Shown piece after piece: positions 27,354 through 40,080 of a DNA stretch of 64,000 nt. Below the pieces are notes generated by a model. The model searched no databases. It worked only from the letters and a program-made list of their open reading frames with translations, and was not told the origin of the DNA. Position 1 is the first letter of the stretch; each line of letters begins with the position of its first letter. This DNA is from Lingula anatina. Lineage: Eukaryota > Animalia > Brachiopoda. Where the stretch lies: NCBI GenBank assembly GCA_051362555.1, contig CM120642.1:12028001-12092000 (forward strand). The letters are read 5' to 3'. A program made the translations under genes and the position numbers.

Positions 27354-30300
27354 CTGAAACAAAAACAAAGAAGACTATTTAAAGTCTTTGGTTCAGAGCC
27401 GAAAACTCGCTCGGACTCGATCTGAATCTAGCGCCTGGCTGACTCAATGAAGTCAATAGCTGCTGTATCATGTCTTTACCACTAGCTCCACTTTGTTCCA
27501 AACATAGGCTCCACTATTTTTACTTCTATTTATATGTATCCTTCCACGAGTTTACTTAATCTGTGTATTTACATTTTCACAAGGTTATCTTTGTCATTTC
27601 AATAAATATCAAAATGCTAATATTTTCCTTATACATTTGAAAGAAAGTTAAAAGTTCTTGTCAGATTATTAGATTAGATTACAGGCGCGGATGGCGGGCA
27701 TATGGCGCATTTTCAAATTGCCACACCCTCTCCCCGATTAAGTTTCATAATCTCCTCCCCCCCCCCCCCCAATTCACTCATGTACCCCCTTCCCCTCCCG
27801 TCAGCTAGAAGATAAATACAAACCAAACTTGAAAAGTTATTCACGATCTTGATATGGTCCCTGTTTTGTATTTCTTACATTCATTAATAAAAATTTCAAA
27901 TTAAAAGAAACCAGATCCATCAGGTCCGAACAGGCTGATAAATTGAGATAATTCGGCTGGATTCAACTGGACCCTTTGCTGGTTGAATAACACTTGAAAC
28001 TGAACCGAGGTTAACTTATAAGATAGGTATTATAATAGGGGTCAGGAATGCCAAACCGCAAATTTTGATAAAGAGGAAGGTCATGCCGCCGTCTAAAATC
28101 GAGAAATAATTCAGAATTGTATTCTGGAAGAAAAAAAGAGAAAAAGAGAGATAATTGCATTAAATTCGTTGGATTGGACTGACTTTTACTTTGCCCCCCC
28201 CCCCCCCCCCCCTCTCTCCCACAATCACTCCCACTTTTCAGTAGACCTATATCTACCAGTCACGTGTTTGGGGCAAAGAAGACGGGGAGAACGGAAGACC
28301 CAAATTTCAAGAAATAACACGAGCATCGGACGTGTGTGAAAGACACTAGCATCACTAGGGCCCTATTTCTGGTACTTTTTGCCTTTCACTGGAGACATTG
28401 CCCGCCGATTCAATCGGATTTTTTAAAGGGACCCAAATAAGTCCACATTGACAGTGGATGAGCCGACAGAGATACAGGTCACTTTTATAAATTGCTGTTC
28501 TAGAAAAGGCATAGATACCGTTATAGCGATAATAGAGGGGATTATCCGGCTGTCTCTGAAACTCAGGGTAATAGACGTGAAAATCCTGCCAGATAAGAGC
28601 TGAAGAATAAAATAAATAACACCCGTGGGAAACTTCAAGGTAATGTGCAGTTGTCTTTAAATAATGTTGGACGTTATTTAACACGATTAAACAAGTATTG
28701 AAAAGAATAATAAGTGACAGGACCTGACAACTGACTTCGGACTGGTGATGACCGAGCTTTACGCTCATCTAAAAACCGAGAAACCTTGGTAAAATACTTT
28801 ATTTTAGTGCAATCGGAAGATAAACGGTTGGGCATACGTGTGATTAAGTGATTATTTACCGGCTACGATTTGTTGATAAGTGAATTGTTTAAATTTGCAG
28901 ACACACCTGCCATTGTATGAATGACGTGGTGAGTGATGAGCCTGCGTTCTTTTCGGGGAGTAGAATCTATGCTATATACAGCAAAATTACTGGAATGAAA
29001 CTCCTCTAAGCGCTTACATTTGGAGTAAAACGGTGAAAAAAGATATCAATAGTTTGATCAAATGTTGGATGATTAAAAAACAAAACATTTGCCCTGTTTG
29101 ATAATTGTGCAGAATGTGGCGTAATAAGATTTAGTTCTAATCACTATTTATAATACTTTTATCCATGAACTTAACAGCTGAGGTTAACCTTAAAAATAAA
29201 CAACGTTAAGAGGTACCGTGAGATTTTTTCCAGAAATTATGCAAATGCTTCATAAAAACTTGTATTCTGATAACGGCATGCTGCAAGCATGCTGAGGTGA
29301 TACTTGCAGTTGACGCTACGGCGCGGAGACGTTTCAACCTTTCTTATAACGGTGATCAAGTGCGCCCTCTCGTGGTGGCTAAAACTGCCCCACCTCCCTC
29401 CCGCCGTACCCAATTCCCCCTTCTCAAGAAAGGAACCAGGGAGTGGAAAAGCCCCTGTAAGTTTAATAAAAGGAAGCGATTTTCTTGTAAGTTCCAATTA
29501 ACTTTTGTAACGTGTTGGCCTCGGATTTTGAGCAAATAGTAAAACGAGGGACTTATCTTGGATAAATAAATTACAAGGGAACACGCCTCGCCGGTGAATG
29601 GTTGGATTTGATAAATGAACAGGTATATAGAACTAATCGAAGGGTTATTTGGACAAGCTTGTAAAAACAATACACGGTACGACGAAGTCGTGTTATGAAA
29701 TGGCCCATGCTGAAGTCCTTAGCAATCCATTGCAGGGGTCCTTCAATGGTCAACGATGGCTTTTTTTTCGGGAAAGTCCATGAAATATATGCTGTTCACA
29801 GTCTCAAAGACATGTGACACGCTTTTATAGTAATGCTATTACTTTTCCTTATGAATATTGCATTTTTACATGATGTGGTTACATTGAACCATAGAATTTG
29901 TTGGCCTTCAATAATGGTTGGCGAGCTGCCTTAAGGGAAATCGCTGAAAACCATGTATTCATTGAAAGCCGTTTTTCTGCCATACTAGGAAACCAAGTAC
30001 TCTGATCCAGAGGAAAAATCAATGAAGTGACGATTAATATTAGGGTTCTATTAATTCTGACATAATAACGGTGAACTATTCAGGTGACGGTCAATATAGA
30101 GAGGCAATCACTGGGCAAACTCAAGCATACTGAATTTTAGGTAAATACCAGATATTTCATGTAGCCTAGAAAAAATGTAAAATATTTTACTGTTTTTCAT
30201 CTTTACTTAGTTCAAACTTCTGATTTGACTAAAATCATCCAGCCATTTGGCTTTAAAGGAAAGAATTCCAGAAAGAGTATGGAATCATCAACCAGCCATG

Positions 30301-33276
30301 CTTTCAATAAAGGGTAATCCAGTGAAAAAGGCGTTCGATAGCAATTCCTTTCCTTGATGTTGCCTGCAAAGGTCAACGGTGGGCTCGGTTACCTGAAGTG
30401 ATTTTTCTATAAACATATGCATCCCGAATGCTCTGCAATAGTCTCAGAATAGCTAACCATCAAATAAGATATGCCAAGAAGTCCACCTCAACCTGAGAAA
30501 TGCTCGACCCCGGTCCTTCATGCTGCGTATTCGGTTGTAATGTATTAAATAAACCACCAACATGAAACCCACAAAGATACTGACTATACACGAATTCAGT
30601 ATAATACGTGGGGCTAAAGGACGCAAAGATCATTGTCTACAATCTGTGCGTTACCTTGGTGGTGAATAAAAGAAAAAACCCATAAATTCAAGGCAAACCT
30701 GTTTTCAGACCGTTTTTATTCGCCAATGAACTTGACGTGCGCACTGCCCCCAGACGGTTGTCAAAAGCCTTCACCTGACAGGCAATGGAACTGTATCTCG
30801 GAAAATGAATATGTATTGATAAGAATACCTTTGTCTCATTGTCGGCATTGTGACGGAAATCTATATTAATAAAGCAGTCTCTAGAGAATCGAATAATGTT
30901 TTACCGTTAAAACATAAGAGACGATTAAGCTGGCTGCACAGCACTGTCACGCATTTCATTTCAACCCCGCACGTGGCTGTAAGGACGGAGCAGGTCATAC
31001 GGTTGTCAAATGCTAGAGCCATGACTAAGAGGTCTTAATCGTAGCAATATACGCATGATAACGTATCCTGTTCTTTTTTCAGCTTTCTTAAGACGTATAT
31101 GATATTAATTCAGGGTTGTATTACCCAAGTACATTTATCATTCACGTAGTAACGTACCGGTAACTGTAAAGTAACCATGCCTAATGGACAATGGGATAAG
31201 CGGCGTGCTGATAAAGCAGCTGTTCGTTTCGAAGAAAACACTTACCCGGGACTGGTGGATCTCGCCGTGGCTGCGACACACGTCTTTACCAAGTATTGGA
31301 AATGAAGATAACGGGAAAAACGTCTTGTCTTCCCCGCGGAAGTGAGTCCGTCACGGTGCTCTATTTGTCTGTCTTGGGTGCAGTAACTGCCCTTTGTAAT
31401 GCTGGGTTTGTTCGCTAAACGCGGTGTTTGCTTGAACAAGCGCTAGCTCTGTGCTCCGTTCAGCGGCAAGTGAATGAATGCATAAAGGCACTGAATGCAT
31501 AAATAAACGTGCTTACTCGTGGGCACAGTGCCTTGCAAAAGATCGCTTACACCAATCAAACGGCTTGGATTATGATTGAAGTGAACAGATTATAGAACAA
31601 CAACATACAACTGATACAATCTCACCTGTTTATCTTGAGTAGAACTCAGGTGTGCTTGGCCAACCAACTACCTCATAAGTGCCTATAAATCATTATTGAA
31701 TGTATAATTAGCCGTGGGAGTATAGAATTAATGGATAGCGGGTTCACTCACCTGAGTTTGACAACGCTACAACCAAGCGAAATTGGAAGTCACTCGAAGA
31801 CTTGATGACTGGGTGTAGTACATATATTTCCTCAAAATAACCATGACAAGAAAATATCTCATTTTTACATTATTTATTGGAATTCAGAGTAAATTCCGTT
31901 ATGCGGACTTTTCCCACGGGTCGTGCCAAAATTGGTGATTATTATGAATTATTATATGTTAAATGCAGGAGATGCCAATTAGATTTTTAAGACATGAAGA
32001 ATACACGTGCTTGCGTAGAACTAGTTAGTACCCCAGAGAAAATGGTAGCCTACGGGTCATGTTGTGATCTTTATCAGTTCAGCCGTCAGTTATTTTTATC
32101 ATCATTTGGACGTTTTTATTATTTTGTGTACATAGAGAAACGCTTATGTTTAGTGTAAAGCGACATATGTTTAGCAGGCGCCGCGGCATGTTCCCGTGGA
32201 TCGACAGCTATTTTTTGCTCATGCAGCACTTTACTTGCTCAGCGGAGCTACTTTGAAATCCAGTCTCTTCTGTTCAAATCAACTCTAATACATATGGTTC
32301 AGCGGGAGCGAATTCACGATGCGAGCTATAGATCAGTTAAATGTACCAAAGTGCACGAATTTTCGATACACAGTATGCTCGTCATGGAAAATTCCGTGAC
32401 GTACAAAAAATCGACTTTTTAATTCGTTGATACATATCGTAAAAATCAATGCAAAGAATGAGAGAAGAAAGAGCAGTCACACGATAGTTCCTTTCGTTTT
32501 TCCTTTCTAAAACATACAGCATACATTGTTGCCATATTACTCAAAGAAATGCATGCATATATATATTTATATATAGAAAGAGAGAGAGAGAGAGACAGAT
32601 CTTTTAAACGATTTTATGTAATGTAATTTTATCGAGGACAAAAAAATCTCCCTTTTATTTCCATATTCAAGAAATAAAGATACATTCATCTTCAGTGGTA
32701 GTCGCACGTTTTTCAAAGTTGCACCAAATGTATTTTTATCTCCAACCATTTGAGCTGGTTTGATCTGCTATTGCAAGCAGTTGGTTTTTAGTAATAAGGG
32801 AGTAAGATGACAGTATGTATGCATTTTCTCTCAGCATCGTAAGATTATATCAAACAGCTAAAAATCTGCCATTACCAAATTCAGGAAGACGAGAGTGCGC
32901 TTACTTTGAGAATTAAAACAAAACCCTTTATTACCATGTAATACCATTAATACAGAGAATAGCGGGTTTAGCAGTGGGCGTATATAAAATCTGTTGGGTA
33001 AATATTCCAAGCGCCATTGATGTTGATGTATAACATAAACTGATCTGCCGATCGATCGCTAATTTAAGACCATGCGCAGACGGCATATTATGTATGACTA
33101 GACTGCTCCCAATCATTGCTGTTGGATTTATCAGCCCGATTTATCAAGGTGAATGCCGAACAACCAACATGCAGGCCAAACCAGTGCCGTGATGCGACGG
33201 GAGGGATTTCTCATATTGACGAGAAATCATTCTTTTTATTAACTCACAGAGCACCGGTACGCAAGTAACCGTAAAG

Positions 33277-33277
<1 letters not shown>

Positions 33278-33311
<34 letters not shown>
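33278..33311. repeat. (CT)n microsatellite
   Basis: Near-perfect CT run. Confidence 0.9.
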
Positions 33312-34890
33312 ACAGAAACAGACGCAATAAACAGGTTACTCAACACTGTGTTTTGCCAGGGATGTGTCAAATGTAGATTGGTTGTTGTAACCCTTTAGGA
33401 CTCATCTATGGCTCACATTGGGAATGTGTTAAGATATCAAAGAGACGGAAGAAAATATATACTGTAGCTCCCAGTGGGTGATAAAAAATTCACCTCTATT
33501 TCCAAAACGAACAATAGGCTTACAAAGATTTTGAAGTACAAAAAAATCTTGTTCCAAACCTGTTTCTCTTAATGGAAAAGTTTAATTTGAAAACACCATC
33601 CTACATGTTTATTTTGCATCAGCGGTTATGTACACGTTGAGATCCAATAACGACTTGAGCGGCACCCAGAGCAGACAGTTCACTGCTGGTCCATAGAGCA
33701 ACGGGTTTTCTGAATGAACCAAACACAAGGTTCGTTATTTGGATACTTTATTGTCACGGTACAATATTGCTGCCAAGGGCAATTACTCTCTCACTATGGC
33801 CTACGAATAAAGTCAATATCAAAGTCGATTGAAATTACCGCTATGGCAAATGCTGGCGTGGTTAGATTGAGTCCCGTTCTTATTGGTCCTGACAAAAAAG
33901 GGTTTGGTCTTAACTGTAGGTAGTAGATACTCGATTGTACAACCAGGTGACTACCTTATATATAGATTTATGACGAAAATGGGTTTAATTTAAAACTGAT
34001 ATGAAAGCCGATGGTCTAATGTTAAAACGGTAATAAACCGATAAAGGCCGCGAAGGTCTACACGTATCCGTTCGGGCAAATAAAATCAAAGGTTCTTACT
34101 TTCCCTCCTTACCATGTTCTGTTTGCACATTCACTAAAATATACAAAAGTATACATGTTAGGCGTGCTGTCCAATAAAACTGACGTGAAGGATCAACCGT
34201 CAAGTGTCCATTAACTGTTTTTCCTCATCGCGGCACATTTTTGGGATATCCTTTAACCTCAGGCGTGCGAAATGCATGCTTTAGTCATGTTGTCCTTAAT
34301 AAAGTTTTTATTCGGACGAAGGACGTTTTAAACATTGCGTGACAAACATTCTTTTAAAAAATTTGGAGAAATATCCCTAGAGAATAAATTTAACCTAGAT
34401 TACATTTTCCATGCAATGTCCGTAGTGTGCTTGTTTTCTGCCCGTAAATCCCATTGCGTGCGGCATAAGTGCAAAGGCAGGCGGTGGCAGTGCGAAATCG
34501 TGCAAAATCGTACTATACGGATTCACGGCCACCATAGCCTCTACGATTATGTTTATTTAGCTAAAACTTTTGACAAATTTTGAAACTTGTAAGCCCGTCA
34601 AAACATTAGGGAAAATTATATACAATTTCATCGTATGGCGCCCGAGGCAAATGTAATCTGGGCTTTACTTCTTCTCAAGGGACATTTTTTCAAAATTGTT
34701 TTAAAGCATCTTTGTCAAACAATGTAAATACAAAAAAGGAATAAATAAATAAATAAATAAATAAATAAAACATAGAAAAATAGAACTAAATAAAAAAGGG
34801 GTTTCGCAAGTGGAGGGAGTTGTTAGTGGACTGTCGGCCTTTAAATATCTGAAAATAAGTTTTCCTGCAGAAATATATCAATCGTGCACA

Positions 34891-35045
34891 CAGGCCCGTA
34901 GCCAGCAATTTCAAAGGGGGTAGGGATATTGTTCTGAAAAAGTGGACCTTTCACCATGAAACCTTAGTGTACCTAGATCACAGAAAAAAGGGGGGGTTCG
35001 TTCGAACCCCCCAACCCAACCTCCCCACCCCCGGCTACGGGCCTG
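34891..35045. mobile_element. Short non-autonomous TIR element (MITE)
   Basis: Perfect 13-bp TIRs CAGGCCCGTAGCC and GGCTACGGGCCTG with G- and C-rich subterminal tracts. No TSD seen. Confidence 0.65.
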
Positions 35046-36077
35046 GCGTTAATAATTTCTACTTTCAACCTTAATACACACGAATCCGGGTGAACCTATA
35101 ATGGATATGTCCTGTTCACGTTGGTGTAAATTATTATGTGTGGGATGTGACAAAAGAGGATAGGTTTCCTTTACAAGATGACATGGTCAGAAGACTAGTG
35201 TTGATAACACTCTCAACGGGTTTAACTAAACCTGTAAGTGTAAGTGGATCCGGGGTTGAGCAAGAATAGAAATAAGGCCTATGATATAACACAAAATATG
35301 GTCTTCATATTACTAATTATCTCAAAAGGTGCTTATGCTCTACATTATGAGTGTAAATCTGATAAATCTCGACAAACATGGATTTTTTCTTTTAAATTTA
35401 AGTTGAGACATGAGATTGTCTGACCAGTCTGCGAATAATATTTGCAATCTAACCAAACGTCCTAAACTTGATAACTGTGCAGGTTGGAATTTTAACTGGC
35501 CACGGTTCAACTGATCTTTGTGCTGCCGTCTTGATTGGATATGTAACGTTGCGCCACGAGACCTTAAACCCTTTGTTAGAATGCAAAATACCGCATCAGG
35601 AATTTTTGACTGGACGTCGAGAACTTGAACTATTCCTACCAAGCGTAAAGGCATTCTAGATTATTAGTTGACAGTGATTTTGAAAAGAAAAAAAATGATC
35701 TACCCGTTATAAATGGTAAAATTAGCTTCGCCTTTGACAGAAGTTAAACAGTCAAAGTATAGAACCTGAAAGCCGCTAGAAATTCAAACAATTCCAGTAA
35801 TTTTCCCACATCTTTTTTTCGTGATGTATAAATACAGTATCCGTGAACAAAAAAATTCCACAGCAGGAGGTCATAATATGTACTACCGACAAGCTTCGGT
35901 GTCAGTATAGACTAAATAAAATGTTAGTCAAAAGATAGCAGAGCAGCCACGAATGTCTATCAGGTCTTCTGCACAGCCCAGAGCTCTGTCAAATGTCTAG
36001 ACAAATAAAAACTTGCTTAATGAGGCGGATGCCTTGGTAGCGTCAATATATAGCAATTGTTGGACATGACACATCTA

Positions 36078-36192
36078 TCTGTTGTGAGTGCATGTTGTAA
36101 GTGTTGTGTAAGTATTGTGGTAGTGTTGTATGTGTGTGTGTGTTGTGGCATTGTGACTTTTGTGTTGTGAGTTTCGTGTGTGTTGTTGTGTT
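36078..36192. repeat. Degenerate GT/GTT low-complexity repeat
   Basis: Reiterated TGTTGTG and TGTG units. Confidence 0.8.
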
Positions 36193-37364
36193 GGGTGGTT
36201 AATTTTTGTTGCAGTCCTTAAACGCTTCTGTAATTTATAGATTCCTACACGCTGTAAAACGAAACTGATCCCAACGTGAAACGTTGCACTCGGTGCAACT
36301 GGTCTAGCCACTGTCATTAACATGACAGGTCTATATTTTGAGTTGGTTGACAAATTTAAATCGGAATCTGCTGAGTCACTGTCTCATTAATAACACACCA
36401 AATTTCTTGTGGAAGATTTGTGTCGTGTGAACTTGATAACAGGACAGATGTTTGACTTATGATTTACTACGCAGTTTTCCGGTTAAGTAATTAATTCATC
36501 AGGCAAAATAACGTCATTATTTAGTCGTGAAAAAGGGGGGGGGGGGGGCTGTTTACCACAAAATACAAATATCTAATCATTTGTAAAGTCTGGCAAAAGC
36601 AACAATGTATAAATATATAGAAAAATGTTGAGGTATCAATACAAAAATCATTCCCCACACTGTTTTAAAAGAAAAAATGACATGTGCAAAAGCCTTCGGG
36701 TCTCATTACCTGTTGAATAAGTAGAAATCACGGAGAAATAATAGTAATTGCATATTTATGAGACCATTACGGAATCCAGGACCGCGAAAGGGCTATTTTT
36801 TCTCTCGGAACGTTTGACCTTGATTTTCTGAACACAGAAATGTACAAGTGAAGCAGGTGTGTCGGGTTACATAAAGAGATAGGATAGGTACCGTAGTAGG
36901 CCTATATATCCTGAATGTCGACCCGATCAGGTTAAATAAAATACGCGCAACACAACACCCCCCCCCCCCCCCCCCAAAAAAAAAAAATAATAATAATAAT
37001 AAATAAATAAATAATAAAAAAATAATGGAAATAAGTCTGGAAACTAGATTAAATTATGGTCGAAGTCAGCGACTGGAAAGCCTTATGAGGCCTTATGAGC
37101 ATTGGACATCGACGCAGACGTCCGTGTTAACCAAACCGTACCTATCGCCAGAGCAGGATCAAAAGTTAAATTCTTGAACCTAAATCATTCTGACTCCCAC
37201 CGCACTGACCTCTATATACTATGGTGGCCCCTATTGGATATTTCGAGTTTTCGAGTTTTTGACTTTTCGAGTTTTTTACCAGTCATATGGCAACTGGCTG
37301 CGCGTAGGAAGATATTCAGAACGGAGCACGCGCGCTGAGATGACGTCGCGGTCGAAATTTTGTA

Positions 37365-38275
37365 AATAAAGGGAACCGGAGAAGATCAGCATTGGTCAGA
37401 ATTGTGCCGGAAGTGACGTGCAGTGGTGTTAGAAACGAAGCTGAGTGGTCATTTTAACATAGAGGTGAACGGCAGTGAAGACGGGTTGTCGGAGGAAAAA
37501 GAAGTTTTCTAAACAACATGGTAAGATAACACTTTTTCTTTACGCATTTTGGGCAGAGAAAACTTGTAGAAATAATAAATGCATGATATGAAAACGTGAC
37601 ACGGAACTTGAAGGTGCAAAATCGTGCTTAATTGGCGGTCAACTTGTTTTAAAATGAATGCTGCATCGACCGCCATTGCGACAAAGAGTGTAAATGGAAA
37701 ATAATTCCCGGGAGGCTGTAAATCGTTGCCATGTGGAAATTTGGCATTAATATAATCCGATATGTCCATATCTAAGTATTTTTGGGGTGTTTTATGGTAT
37801 GGGCTGCAATTAGAACGAAGTTTTAGAGGTCTTGAAGGACCTTGTGAAAACAAGGAAGTAGTTCGTAACTAACAAGTGAAATGTACCGATCTCCGACTGC
37901 TGTGCACAGCTGTATCTTTTTTTCAATATATTGAATTATTTCCCTTTTACGCTTTTTGTCGCGCTGGCGGTCGACGCAGCATTTATTTCTTAACAAGTTG
38001 ACCGCAAATTAAGCATGATTTTGCACCTTCAAGTTCCGTGTCACGTTTTCATATCATGCATTTATTATTTCTACAAGTTTTCTCTGCCCAAAATGCGTAA
38101 AGAAAAAGTGTTATCTTACCACGTTGTTTAGAAAACTTCTTTTTCCTCCGACAACCCGTCTTCACTGCCGTTCACCTCTATGTTAAAATGACCACTCAGC
38201 TTCGTTTCTAACACCACTGCACGTCACTTCCGGCACAATTCTGACCAATGCTGATCTTCTCCGGTTCCCTTTATT
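37365..38275. repeat. Long inverted repeat: 343-bp arms (37365-37707, 37933-38275) with a 225-bp spacer
   Basis: Manual reverse-complement alignment gives 1 mismatch in the outer ~259 bp, about 13 mismatches in the inner ~84 bp, and no indels. Confidence 0.97.
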
Positions 38276-38952
38276 GCGTAACCTTCGCGGAAGTTCAAGA
38301 ATTGCACTTTATTCCCTGCATAAGTACCTGGTGAAAATTAAGACATGGTAGCAGAGTTTATTATGTGTATCATCGTGTGTGATTTATCTAGAAGTAAGAA
38401 GCAATGAATGAGGTAGATCTCGACGAAGTCGGCCAACTGGTCACTTTTAAATTTGGCCATAGCAACACTAACATTTTTAGATATCTCATGTCACAGAAAC
38501 TGTGCAACTTATTCACGTCAATGGAAGGTGGCTTTTTGCATGAGAAAATTGACTATCAAGTTCCATTAAAATCCAACCTGGCAACTTTTTGACCAGTCGG
38601 GAAAAAAACTCCGATATTTCTTATCATTATTACTTATTAATTACTTATAACTTATTTTGTCTTATGTTAACTTTTTAACAATTATCGCAAGTGTGTTTTT
38701 ATTTAAGAAAATCTATGCCAATTGGTATTTGCCTCAGTGAGGCTTGTATGGAGTGACAAATGAAAGAAAATTAACTATGTACATGTATATATATATATGT
38801 GGTAAGACTTACCACTTAAGACTTAAGAGTTTTATAAAAGTTGTTGAAGACCTCTCACTTCCTGTCTCTTTTCATTTACTGAAAAATATAAATAGCACAT
38901 TAGTAATCTGTCTTATCTAAATAAAATACAACCGATTAAACACCTGTAATAA

Positions 38953-39495
38953 TAAAATCTTCATTTTACTCCGACAATTAAGAAGGTTCTATAGATAGTG
39001 TGTAACTCTACCCTTGACAAATCATAGCATTTGTTGAAAAATTGAGAAGTTCAGATCATGGTATTCAGATATTCAGAAGTTCAGATATTATTACCGTTCA
39101 GTTATTTAAATTTTGAAATGAAAATCCAAATATAGCATTTATGTAAAAAGTCTGTGGTAGCACCATCTGATTGTATCATTTATTATTAATGTTCAGTTAA
39201 TTAAATTTTGTAATGAAAATCCAAATATAGCAGTTATGTAAACAGTTTCATTATTATTGTTCCTCCTGATTTCATGGAAATAAAGCCTGTTCAGCAGATT
39301 TCTCAAACTATGCCAACCTAAAAATGGGCAAAAAAGAAAAAAATGAGCTTGGTATAATTGTAGCTTTTCTACCATGTAGTATGAAGATCACGTTACCAAT
39401 TCTTATATTAAATAAAATATGAGTAAAAGTTTAGTTTTACTCCAAGAATCAAGAAGGCTCTATAGATAGTGGGAAGTTCTACCCTTGACAAATCA
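38953..39495 (+). repeat. Nested degenerate direct repeats
   Basis: 72-bp copies at 38953-39024 and 39424-39495 (shared CTATAGATAGTG...CTACCCTTGACAAATCA) enclose 66-bp copies at 39086-39151 and 39181-39246. Confidence 0.8.
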
Positions 39496-39872
39496 CAAAA
39501 ATTGTTCAATTTTCAAGAAGAAGTCGGTCCTATATTTCTTAATTAAAAATGAAGGGCATATCTAGGGTAGTTTTCTGTCGACAATTATTTATGTTTGCGT
39601 GTTCGAATTGCTTTGTAAAGTTCTGCTTCACTACAACTATTTTCACTATCACTGTTTTCTTTTATAATTTCTTCACTACATAAATTACCTAAGCTATTTA
39701 AACACTCCCCTTCACATACACAACTTGGCCCACATGTTCTATTTTTCTTCCTACATCCACAATGGTTGCCACACGTGGTCTACCTTCCTACAACTAGTAT
39801 TATTTGGAAAGAGTTGATTTTTTATTCAAGGCAATGTTTATCTATTACAATAAAAATTTCGACAAATTTTGT

Positions 39873-40080
39873 AATTATTATTATTATTATCATTTCGGAA
39901 GGACGGGGGACTTCGACAAGTCCCTCTTATGACAGATAAGTGGCGCACCGACATGCACTGCATGTGATGGATCCCTTTTCCAACAAAGCATGACAAAGCG
40001 ATACAAGCGACTTCTGTTTTAACGTTCAATTAAGTGACACATAACTCGATCAAACGCGTCTCTGACGGTGACTCCAGTGT
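39873..40080 (-). mobile_element. Possible SINE/LINE 3' remnant
   Basis: CpG-rich segment ending on the minus strand in an (ATA)n tail at about 39873-39893. The family is not identifiable by eye. Confidence 0.3.

Noticed and set aside
28355-28768. 137-aa minus-strand ORF
   Set aside because: No recognisable domain or supporting exon structure; composition looks like a chance ORF.
37365-38275. Mutator/foldback transposon interpretation of the long inverted repeat
   Set aside because: No 8-11 bp or other TSD flanks the arms and there is no transposase. Not fully excluded without a genome-wide copy search.
38953-39495. CRISPR-like repeat-spacer array
   Set aside because: Eukaryotic context, only two copies per repeat, irregular spacing, no cas genes.
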